Part shown: piece by piece, positions 51,886 to 64,000 of the stretch
Layout: each line of letters begins with the position of its first letter
Position numbering within the stretch: the first letter of the stretch is position 1
NCBI GenBank assembly: GCA_951406725.2
Contig: OX597825.1
Span: forward strand, 83,886,001-83,950,000
From: Octopus vulgaris
Taxonomy: Eukaryota
Reading direction: 5' to 3'
DNA length: 64,000 nt
The notes under the pieces: generated by a model
Seen by the model: the letters and a program-made list of their open reading frames with translations, nothing else
The model's database searches: none
What the model was told of the DNA's origin: nothing
Made by a program: the position numbers and the translations under genes

Positions 51886-53104
51886 GTTATGTATGTATGT
51901 ATGCATGCATGCATGCATGTATGTATGTATGTATGTATGTATGTATGTATGTATGTATGTATGTATGTATTTATGTATGTATGTATGTATGTATGTGTGT
52001 TCGCATGTAGATGAGAGTGTGTGCAGGTCTGTGGGAATCAATGAATTTCTCAGGCACATGGATTGACAATGTGAATAAATTAAAATGCATGTGAATGAAT
52101 TAATGCTTGTGAATAAATTAATAAATTAAAAACGTGTTTGGGTGGGAAGATGTGTGTACAGCCGCGGAACAGTGACAAACGTTTTATGCTAAAATGAAAA
52201 AATAAGGGGGAAATGCTTGAATTCCCGGATGAAAAGGAAAGTCAAAAAAATTGGTAAGGAATCTATAAAATTTATAAAGTATATATGCATATATGTGTGT
52301 GTGTGTGTGTGTGTGTTATTTAGAGATAGTAGTCCCCTTCATCAAACCATATAAAAGAATTTTGATTTGATACTTACTACTCATTTCTCAGCTACACGTG
52401 TTTCTTGAGGTTCTTTTACGGTTCCTTAATCACGCAGTGTTTTACAGGAACCTTTCTTAAAATGTAACCCCAAACATCAGGCCTCTAAATATATTTATCA
52501 TAGTTCGATACCAAATACTATTTTTTAATTTTAACAGATAAGTATGTGTATGTGCCTCCCCACATCGAATGGTAAGTTGGTTTGGACTGGTGCATTCATA
52601 TTAAATAGTAATAGTAGTGGTAGTGCTTGCGTTTTGGATTTGGGGTTGGACGTTATAAATTAACGTGTGTAGAGGTTCGCCGAGCCTTGCGACGTTAAGC
52701 CGAAATTAATACGTAGTAGGACCATGGTAGTCAACGGTAGTTTGTACACAATTTTTACATTTCTTTGACGTTACCCTTAAGTTATTAAACTCTAGCTTTT
52801 ACTCTGTAAATTTTTAATTTTTATTATTCGTATCATTTGTATGTTGAGCTCTTCAAGTGTTTTTGTCGCAGCCATAACGCTTGATTTCTTCTTATTGATT
52901 CCCAACTGATATTCACTCGCTACACTTCGTTCCCTGCCCAGAAATACCTACAGCTCCGCCTGATGATGTTGCGATAAGGACTGTAATTGTCAGTAAACTG
53001 TAGATTACTGATGTTCTTTCTCCTGGTAATCCTTCCTGATCCAACAATGTTCGTCAACCTATTCTCTTCCTACATCATTTATCTACTGCACTCTAATAAT
53101 GATT

Positions 53105-53947
53105 TCAAATTTCGGCACAACGCCAGCAATTTCGGGAGGCGGAGATAGTCGATTACATTGAGCCCAATGTTCAACTGGTATTTATTTTATCGACCCCGAA
53201 AGGATGGAAGGCAAAGTCGAACTTGGCGGAAGTTGAACCCAGTACGTGAAAACGGACGAAATTCCAACAAAAGCAATGTCGCCAGAGTTGTAATGATTTT
53301 TCCAGAGCTCCGCTTTTATGGTATTTAATTCAGGCTCAAATTCTACAATATTGAGGGAAAAGGGATAAGTTGAGGCCATCGACAGCAGTACTTGATTGGT
53401 TCTTCATTTCCTCGACCCGAAAGGAATGAAGGATTATGTCGAACTGGGTGAGATTTGAACTCAGAATGTAAACAACCGCAGTAAATAGCACAAGGCATTT
53501 TTCCAACGTTCTACCGACTCTGCCAGTTCACTGCTCTTCCTACAGTACTTTAAAAATAACAAAGTACATCGGATAAAACCCTTTAAACAGAGACCCATCA
53601 GAAAGGGGAGGAAATGTACAAAGTCACCTACGAGAATTTTTAAAATCGTTTGTGCATACACCGGACACTTATTAAATATATACTCTACTTCTAAACGTAT
53701 ATTTGAATATTATTTCCTCGAACATTAAGAACCATATGGTCGGGTAGCTGGTTGCCATGGCGTATAATGGCCAACATCAAGACATTGCCTTTGAACGGGA
53801 CATCGGTTAGTTACAGTGTTCAAGGTCACTAGGAGTGAAAGGCAACGACGGATCTCGGCAATACTTGATCTCAGAACGCGAGGAACCGAAAGAAAAGCCG
53901 TTTTTTCATTTTATCCAACGTGCTACTACTTCTGCCATCTCGCCGTT
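53105..53947 (-). mobile_element. Cluster of three diverged SINE type B copies
   Basis: Cores at about 53190, 53415 and 53835. Confidence 0.7.
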
Positions 53948-54598
53948 TTACTTTGAAATGTATTGTATATTCTATTAAATAAATATTCTACTCTGCATTT
54001 CAATGTCCTTTTTTGTGTGAATGTTCTTCTCCAAAGATCGCCGGAAGAAATCATTATTACCACCTCACTACCTTCTTAAACACTAATTTAGTTGAATATT
54101 TTTGCTTGAGACAGCGTAAACAATTAACCTGAGCTGTATAGAATCATTTGACTGTCTGTAATTCAGTCACAGAATAAAAGAGACTGTGATTCTTTTTATT
54201 CTTTTTAAACAATCATCTTGAGTTCTAAAATTATTGCTATTCGTTTCTTTATGTAACTGTACGTTATTATATTTTTTCTTGAGCATCATACAAGTAAATT
54301 TTTACAATTTGTTCAAGATAGTCATTCTGAAATAAATTACCAGCGGTGTCCATCTTGAAAATAATCATTCTGTTTATACTGGTGCAGGTATGACTCTGCA
54401 CTTCATAATTTCGGTTCGCAATCATAGAGTCATACAAAAAAATCTTCATGCCAGAGTATCCTCCTTCTAGACAGATACTCTGAAAAGAACTAAAGGTCAA
54501 TTACTTTTAAAGAGCTCTTTCAATGATCACTTCACCATCTCGTCTATGTCTGATGCCCACCACTAAGTTTCCTGCTAATTAAGCTTATGCTATTATAC

Positions 54599-54666
<68 letters not shown>

Positions 54667-54769
54667 GTTGTATTAATGTCTAATCTCATTGCTATTGTGT
54701 AGTATTTTATAAATATATGATTCGGTATTATCTGATAGTTGATGATTGATAGATATACATATATGCTTT

Positions 54770-54814
<45 letters not shown>

Positions 54815-54849
54815 GATGGATGCATGTATAATACATATATGATACACAT

Positions 54850-54947
<98 letters not shown>

Positions 54948-54987
54948 CATATATATACAGAGAGAGAGGGAGAGACTGACAGAAAAG

Positions 54988-55051
<64 letters not shown>

Positions 55052-55738
55052 GTGTGTATATACATATTATTTATATTTACCATATATATGCACACACACA
55101 TACATATATATATATACATATGATACACACACACACATATATATATATATATATTCATATATATATAGACATATATATATAATATAAGGATAAAACCTAT
55201 ATAAGTTTCTATAAGTAAAGCCACGCGCTGTCAAGAGACTCTAATGTCAAACTACTTCAACAAGTATACACACGCACCGAATTCGTGGGAATAAACATAG
55301 GCGGAATTCCTTTAAAAAGGGTTTAGTCGTATATCACTAATGGTTTCTTGGTCAGCATGGATAACACGCTCTCCACTCATCAGTGCCAACATAACCAGAA
55401 AAATATTTGAATATAAACATTTACACAAAGTATCCAGTATAGCATATACAAATGTTCACACTTATATATCCATGGAAGGGATACATATCTTGTTCATCTC
55501 GACCACGTGCGTATAACCAGAATAATTCAGCACTGAATATATTCTGGCTAGATATTTATCAATAAAATATAAGGATAAAACCTATATAAGATTTTATCAA
55601 GTAATCAGCGTGCAAAACCAACTGATGAAAAAATTTGATACGAGGTATATAATTTTTTTATATATATATAAAATACATCACATCAAGGGCTATTACTATA
55701 AACCACACGCTGCAATGAATTATATATGTATTTATATG

Positions 55739-56131
55739 CTCTTTTACTCTTTTACTTAATTCAGTCATTTGACTGTGGCCATGCTGGAGCACCACCTTTT
55801 TAGTCGAGCAAATCGACCCCAGGAATTATTCTTTGTAAGCCTAGTACTTATTCTATCGGTCTCTTTTGCCGAACCGCTAAATTACGGGGACTTAAACACA
55901 CCAGTATCGGTTGGCATGCGATGTTGAGGGCACAAACGCAGACACACAAACACACACACATACGTATATACGACGGGCTTCTTCCAGTTTCCGTCTACCA
56001 AATCCACTCACAAGGGTTTGGTCGGCCCGAGGCTATAGTAAAAGACACTTGCCCAATGTGCCACGCAGTGGGACTGAACCCGGAACCATGTGGTTGGTAA
56101 GCAAGATACTTACCACACAGCCACTCCTACG

Positions 56132-56133
<2 letters not shown>
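55739..56133 (-). mobile_element. SINE type A, full length, young
   Basis: Near-identical to 31463-31876. Confidence 0.93.
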
Positions 56134-56170
<37 letters not shown>

Positions 56171-56842
56171 CAACCTGCTTACTTGCCGTACTTCTACAAA
56201 CTTCAGTTGTAACCCACAATGTAGTACTTTTTCGTACATTTGAGAGAGCTGTAGTACTTCTGATACACACGCAAACATACAAGGTTATATCCAGAAAAAG
56301 GTCATTCAAAAATGAGAAAGGAAAAGAGTCCCTTCGATGTTTTCTCTCTCTCTCTCTCTCGCTCTGCCCCTTCTGAACGCGCTAGTTACATACCTTCCTC
56401 GGACCATGTACCAACAAATTTCCTGTCAGCATCCTGTATTTTATCTTCTGTTTCTCCTTTCCATGTATATCAACTCTCTAAAACCCTTCCTGGCTGTATT
56501 GTTGTTCTGCTCCCCGACCCACCCCGTCGACGTTGACGTGCAGCTATTCAGGCCCAGAACGTCAACCACATCAATCTCACTCATTTTGAAGAAGGGGATG
56601 CAAAGGTCATCGGCTGAACCTTTTTACCTCCTAACAAGACAATAAAAGTGTCCTTGCTTAACACATTTTATATTAGTTACATCGATAAAAACTTAATCAG
56701 TCAGACATTTTAACGCTATCGTCTGCTTCTTTGATAACTTTAGCAGCATCCACTCTTCAATAAACATTCAAGCCAGGCCTCCCGCCCAAATCTAATTTTC
56801 TCTCTTCCATCTACTGGTTACTGATGTTCTATTAAATGTCAT

Positions 56843-57287
56843 GGATATTTTCGGTTTGAACGGCAGTTTTTCTAGCGGTGTCATATGAAATTGTCACCCA
56901 TGATTATGACCCTAGAATCGATCTATTGCATTTCAATCTTTTTTATGGTTAGGGTTAGTTAGGGTTAGGGTTAGGGTTAGGGTTAGGAGTGGGGGAAGGG
57001 TATCTTTTTTTCTTCACAAATGCAAATAAACCCAATCTGTTTCTTAAACGAGGGACACATTCATACGGCACAGAATGCTTTTTACCTCAATAGACGTCAG
57101 TGATTGGTTGAAATTGCAGAAATTGAAGAAAAAAAAACAACAAATATCTTACAAAACTATAGAATTTTCTCAAGAAAGCCAAGAGAAAAAGATGTTTTAT
57201 AAACACATTCTACCAGTATACGAAGTTTAAAACTTTTTAGTTACCTAGAAATTATGTTAAAAACTGCCGTCCAAACCGAAAAGATCC
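56843..57287. mobile_element. 445-bp MITE with 29-bp TIRs, 8-bp TSD and internal (TTAGGG)n
   Basis: TIR GGAT(A/C)TTTTCGGTTTG(A/G)ACGGCAGTTTTT; TSD AATGTCAT at 56835-56842 and 57288-57295; TTAGGG run at 56947-56987. Confidence 0.92.
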
Positions 57288-57551
57288 AATGTCATTAATG
57301 CCGCCCTTCCTTCTCTAAATTCAGCCGTAAATAAATATAAAAGACATTGATAGAAGCATGAACATCATACAATCTCAATTCATCTCACCTGTTCTATAAA
57401 CGTGAAACATTTTCCTTCTCTAAGAAATCAATGCTCCGAGTACTGTCTGCTTCTATATACATGCTACAAATATAGCACAATTCATTTGCCTTCCTACATT
57501 TGACAGCAAGTTCGTAAAATAGCTGAGATCAAATGAAGGTTGAATATATTT

Positions 57552-57585
<34 letters not shown>

Positions 57586-57817
57586 GCTCTCTCTCTCTTT
57601 CTCTCTCTCTCTTTACCATGGAGACAATCCTTCAATTTCTTTTATTTATATTGTGCACATTGCAAGTTGTCTGACTAAAATCGTATATTGGCTTTTATTT
57701 ATTTCCAATCTGACGTATTGGATATATAAATATCATAGACCGGAAGTTACTCATTATTATCCATCGTCTGTCATTAGTGATATTTTGAACGCTTAAATAA
57801 GAATGGCTTTTCTGCTT

Positions 57818-58003
57818 TTGTTATTGCTGCAATGATAAATAAGCTGAACGAAAACTTTCTTTTTTTTATTGCTGCAATGGAAATAAAATAAACTAAAGGT
57901 TTTGACATCGCTGCAACGATAAAGAAGCTAAACTAAAATTTGTCTCATCACCGCAATGATAAAGAAGCTAAGGTGAAACTTTTGTCATCGCTGCAATGAT
58001 AAG
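57818..58003. repeat. Minisatellite, about 40-bp unit, 5 copies
   Basis: Recurring AT(T/C)GCTGCAATGATAAAGAAGCT. Confidence 0.85.
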
Positions 58004-58160
58004 TATATATATTTTTTTCTCTTTTTTCTTTCATGACTATCACTGAAATAACCTTTCCAACATCCTATGTATTGGACGAACCCAATACCGATTGATGGAA
58101 CATCTCTGCTCAGATATGTTTCATCAATCGATCAGTCAAACCTCTGCCTTATATATGCAT

Positions 58161-58809
<649 letters not shown>

Positions 58810-58825
58810 ATATGTATATATATAC

Positions 58826-58888
<63 letters not shown>

Positions 58889-58889
<1 letters not shown>

Positions 58890-59064
58890 TATATTAGTTA
58901 CATCGATAAAGACTTAATCAGTCAGACATTTTAACGCTATCGTCTGATCCTTTGATAACTTTAGCAGTATCCACTCTTCTATGAGAATTCAAGCCAGGCC
59001 TCCTGCCCAAAATCTAATTTTCTCTCTTCCATCTACTGGTTACTGAAGTTCTATTAAATGTCAT
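58889..59064 (+). repeat. Local direct duplication of 56668-56842
   Basis: Collinear near-identical sequence ending at ...ATTAAATGTCAT. Confidence 0.92.
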
Positions 59065-59204
59065 ATATATATATATATACATATATATATATGCATGCAT
59101 GCGCACTCGATCAAAACCAGCGAAACCACAAGAAAGTAGCTGATTAAAGAGACAATAAAAGAAGGAAATAAACGGAAAAATATAACAAATCCATGTTTCA
59201 CAGT

Positions 59205-59253
<49 letters not shown>

Positions 59254-59776
59254 GTGGTATTGCTATTATTATAGCCTGTTCGTTTAATAAAGCAACATTG
59301 TCAAACGGTATTCTGCAACTCTTAATGAAGTGATTTGACTTATGACGAATTTTAATGAGCCCAAGTAACATTCCGTACATTACATTAAAACATGATAATG
59401 ATTGTTCTTTTTATTAATTTAGTTATTGTTCTAACTTTTGTTATCTTTTCTTTTCCTTGCTTAATTTATTTTTGTTCATTATCTCAGTCTATTGCTATGA
59501 AACCATCTCTTCCAATTTCAAGAGGTATCTTTCCAATTTTTTTTTCAGACCCTCTAATTTATGAATAAGTATTTTGTATATACTAATTGGGATTGGTACC
59601 GTATGCATAGAATTCCCTTATTCCATCTTTTCACACATTCTTAATATCTGTAATGTCAACATTACTGTATCCATAACAACGATTTGTTGCTGTTTCTATC
59701 TTAATCAGACGACAAGGTTTAAACAGAAAAGAAGAGAAAGAAATTGTGCTGTTGATATTTTGTGTATTGTAGAAGT

Positions 59777-60147
59777 GTGGAGGTGCTATGGCCCAGTGGT
59801 TAGGGCAGCGTGCTCGCGGTTGTAGGATCGCGGTTTCGATTCCCAGACCGGGTGTTATGAATGTTTATTAAACAAAAACACCTAAAACTCTACGAGGCTC
59901 CAGCAGGCGATGGTGGCGGACCTTGCTGTACTCTTTCACCACAACTTTTTCTCGCTCTTTCTTCCTGTTTCTGTTGTACCTGTATTTCAAAGGGCCAGCT
60001 TTGTCACACTCTGTGTCACGCTGAACCTCCCCTGAGAACTACGTTAAGAGAGAGTACACGTGTCTGTGGAGTTCTCAGCCACATGCACGTTAATTTCACG
60101 ACTGGGATTGTTCTGTTGAGCGTCGTTTTAACCGACGGAGTGCCACA
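59777..60147 (+). mobile_element. SINE type C, full length
   Basis: TSD ATTGTAGAAGT at 59766-59776 and 60148-60158. Confidence 0.92.
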
Positions 60148-61344
60148 ATTGTAGAAGTATAACTTATTCAACGCACATAATTTTTAAGAACTAAATTGTA
60201 TAGCTCTGCACACACACACACACACACACACCAAGGTTAAGTGGACCCCAGTTGAGAACTATGTATTTAAATGCTAAAGGATCTTGTGTATGACCCTGTA
60301 TATTAATTTTATCGTAACTGTTTCCAAAATGACAAGTGAAACGCAGCGATCGCAGAGACACTACGGAGTTAATATTTAGTCAATGCAAAGTCAATTGAGA
60401 TCTACAATACCCAATACAAATGTTTAATTACAGTGAATGCATATGTCATGTAGCGAGCGCTAAATTACTCCAAAGAAGCAGACATTACAAGTTTACATGG
60501 CGAATTATTTGAATTTCCATCTTTAATCTGATCGAATTCTAAAGCTCACTGGGTGTGTATTTTTTTTTTCTTTTCTACTTTCTTTCTCCTCCTTCTTTTC
60601 TTTTTCATCGTCATCATCATTTTCTTTCTCTGCTTTCTGGGGTTTTTTTTCTCTCTCTCCCATTCTTCTTCCTTCTCCACTTTCCTCCGTTCTTCTCCCA
60701 TCCTCAACACCTCATCACTTTTAGACATTATACACCAACAAATGAGACATCCGACTGCGCGACGCTCTACATTGCTAACATGTCTTGCAATATCTCTGAA
60801 AAGACCGTCATGTGTTCACCGGATATTGGTTTTCATAAACCATACATACACACTTACCGACAGAGCAAATCATTTTCTAATTCAACTCACGGTACCCTTA
60901 TGCGACCACCCTACGGGTTGGTTTATGTGCTTCGAGTCTTCACTTTCGTTTCGATTTATATTTCTTTTATGTTTTACGGAGGTTCTTTGTGTTTGTTCAT
61001 TTTTTTTCTTTTTCTTTTGCTATTTCATCTATTTCGTTGTAATTTATGTACCTACACGCTCTTCTATTTTCGCTAAATTCTTGTTAAACAGCTTTGCAAA
61101 TATACGAAGATGCATGCAGCCATTTATCTGTCTGTGAACAGTTATGCACTTGTTAGTACACACAGAAAACTTTTTGAAAACTTTTATCCACATTATAAGG
61201 AATTATTCCTTTATATGTATGCGTGTGTGTATGCCTATGTGTGCTTCTGTGTGTGTATGAGTGCGGGCCTACGTGTTTCTGAATGTTCGAGTATGTACTT
61301 TTGTGCATGTGTGCTCCTATAGCGTTTAATACATCACGACCGTT

Positions 61345-61496
61345 TATATATGTGTGTGTGTGTGTGTACGTATGTATAGGTGTATGCATGTATCCATATA
61401 TGTAATGATAGATGTATGTGTGTGTGCATGTATAGATGTATGCATGTATCCATGTATGTATAAATGTATGTCTATATATATATGTATATATATATG

Positions 61497-61591
<95 letters not shown>

Positions 61592-62040
61592 GTATGTATG
61601 TATGTGTGTATGCATTTAATTTCTTAACAATTTTCTTTGTTTTACTTATATATTTCTTGCAATCAATTGTTTGCCTGCATGTATGTGTGTGTGCATGAGT
61701 GTATGTATTTGGGTGTACAAACGTACGAACATAAATATATACATACATACGTATATGCATGTGCATACATATGCATGTACATACATGCATACATACACAC
61801 ATACATACACACATACATACATACATACACACATACATACACACATACCTACATACACACATGAACACATGCACACATACTTACATACATACATACATAC
61901 AAACATACATACATACATACATACATACATACATACATACAAACATACATACATACATACATACATACATACATACATACATACATACATACATACATAA
62001 GTACATACATACATACATACATACACACATGCATGCGTGT
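61345..62040. repeat. (TA)n and (TACA)n arrays
   Basis: Directly visible. Confidence 0.95.
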
Positions 62041-62361
62041 ATCAGTTTAATTCCGTATATTTTTACATTGTTGGCACTTTTTTTGTAAAATTTTTGATAC
62101 TCTTAAATTGTTTTGTCTGCTTATTCTTCACCATATTTTCAAAAAGTACCTCCAAGTGTTAACCGATCGATTTCATGCAATGGTTTCTCTGATATTTTCC
62201 TTTCTTTTTCATCGTGTTTTTTTTTTTCTTTTTTTTATCTTGTTTTATTCGTGAATTTAAGTAAATTGCCAACAAGTATATGTTTAAACTCATATAAATT
62301 ACCAAGAATCGATTTTTTTTTCTTTAGAAATAGAAATACGTGTGATTTTATTGCATATATG

Positions 62362-62415
<54 letters not shown>

Positions 62416-62429
62416 CATATATGCATATA

Positions 62430-62461
<32 letters not shown>

Positions 62462-62522
62462 AATATATATATATAAACATATATATATATATGTGTGTGT
62501 GTGTATGTGTGTCTGTCTGTCA

Positions 62523-62569
<47 letters not shown>

Positions 62570-62570
62570 T

Positions 62571-62603
<33 letters not shown>

Positions 62604-62697
62604 CACACATGCACATGTATTAGAAACACATGTCCATGCACGTACGTATGTGTGAGCGTATGAGTGTGTTTCTGTGTTTTTGTGTAAGTTCATACCA

Positions 62698-62740
<43 letters not shown>

Positions 62741-63089
62741 TATAAATTTGATAAACAAATAGATGCATATACAATTTTCTAAAATACTGAGTAGTAAAAC
62801 ATTTTGAAGAAAAATCGCGAAGAACATGTTTGCATACATTCCAATTCCTATAGAAATTAATTCTCAATATAAACTAAAATCAAACCCAAAGTACGAGTTA
62901 GTTTCAAACGAGAACCATGCCTAAAGAAATTTGTAAAATTGCTCAATTAGCCGACCGTTCACTGTTTTTGTGCATTGTGTAGTAGACCTAATAGAGCGCC
63001 TTCTTTCACTTCGCACTCTCTTCCTGCTTGATATGTTGAAAGTAGGTAAGAAGGAATACGATAATGTACATCCAGTGCAGACAAGAAGT

Positions 63090-63374
63090 GCAGTGGAATC
63101 ACAGGAAGACTGGCAGAAATATGGAAGTTTTATGTGAGGAATGAATGCAGTGGAATCGCAGGAAGACTCACAGAAAGATAGACGTTTTATGTGAGGAAGA
63201 ATGGCAGTGGAATTGCAGGAAGACTGACAGAGAGATAGAGGTTTTATGTGAGGAAGTAGTGCAGTGGAATCGCAAGAATACTAACAGAAAGATGGGTGAT
63301 TTATGTGAGGAAGAATGGCAGTGGAATATCAGGAAGACTGACAGAGAGATAGAGGTTTTATGTGAGGAAGAGGT
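63090..63374. repeat. 57-bp minisatellite, 5 copies
   Basis: GCAGTGGAAT starts at 63090, 63147, 63204, 63261 and 63318. Confidence 0.95.
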
Positions 63375-63379
63375 GAGGC

Positions 63380-63760
63380 CTAGAAATGCTGATGGAATTG
63401 TTAGAACGCCGGACAAAATGCATTGGTGTATTTCGTCCGTCTTTATTTTCTGTATCCAAATTCCGTCAAGGTTGATTTTGTCTTTCATCTTTTCAAGGAC
63501 ATTGTAATAAGTACCAGTTGAGCAACAAGGGTCGATGTAACCCACTGACCTCCTCCTTCGAAACTGCTGGTTTTGCATCACAAAATTGCGGCCATTATTA
63601 TTGAAGGTAGTAGAGTAGCGTAATCGTCAGAGCGTTGGGCTAAATTTTCTTGAAGTGTTCGTGCTGGCTTTTTACGTTCTGTGTTCAAATACCGCTGTCT
63701 TCCACTTTGCATTTATACCTGGGTCAATGTAGTCAAATACCTGGGTCGATGTAGTCAACA
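63380..63760 (+). mobile_element. Two diverged SINE type B copies
   Basis: GTTAGAACGCCGGACAAAATG...GTATTTCGTC, TAAGTACCAG, GGGTCGATGTA. Confidence 0.7.
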
Positions 63761-63864
63761 AACCCCGGTGCTGTTTTATTCCCCACTGATTTAAGTTACC
63801 TCCATTATTAACATATTCGTTCTTCCTTTCAAATCTCCGATCCACCTTATTTTACTTCAGGTAT

Positions 63865-64000
63865 ACATAGAGTTATCCCATAAATAATGCGGTCTTTTCA
63901 ATTGCATGAACTGAAAGTCGGAGCGGTAAGGGATAAACTACCTGCATCAATTTGTACAAGGTAGTAATATTACCTTGTCCTTATACTTAGTGCAAGTTTT
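63865..64000. mobile_element. Possible mariner-like terminus running off the window
   Basis: TAGAGTTATCCCATAAATAATGCGGT resembles mariner TIR starts; unconfirmed. Confidence 0.35.

Noticed and set aside
56530-56790. Rex/L2-like RT remnant (QLFRPRTST..ISL; FFDNFSS)
   Set aside because: Similarity is too weak to call without a profile search
56947-56987. Chromosome end or telomere
   Set aside because: Short tract internal to a TIR/TSD-bounded MITE
60553-61137. Two overlapping plus-strand ORFs of 194 and 173 aa
   Set aside because: Pyrimidine-rich flanks suppress stops, starts are non-ATG and no domain is recognised; a minus-strand exon reading is at least as plausible
63090-63374. CRISPR array
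   Set aside because: Eukaryotic context; whole units are homologous with no unique spacers and no cas genes

Overview
This is an AT-rich, repeat-saturated animal genomic window, almost certainly octopus. The organism call is inferred from the tRNA-derived SINE families and the microsatellite load. No host protein-coding gene can be identified, and nearly all long ORFs are translations of microsatellites. The window contains: five tRNA-headed SINE types with swapped head and tail modules; R4/Dong-like and Tx1-like LINE fragments sitting in microsatellites; a Penelope GIY-YIG remnant; Tc1/mariner remnants; a non-autonomous Helitron; and an 8-bp-TSD MITE carrying TTAGGG repeats. Three signals stand out. 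(1) A set of short fold-back, Penelope-like repeats carries minimal type-I hammerhead ribozyme motifs, several with the same extra G before stem II. (2) The 3' tail of the commonest SINE matches the 3' end of a Tx1-like LINE fragment in the same window. (3) That SINE forms multimers that are always joined at the loop of its extended anticodon-arm hairpin. A few candidate splice-flanked exons are noted at low confidence.
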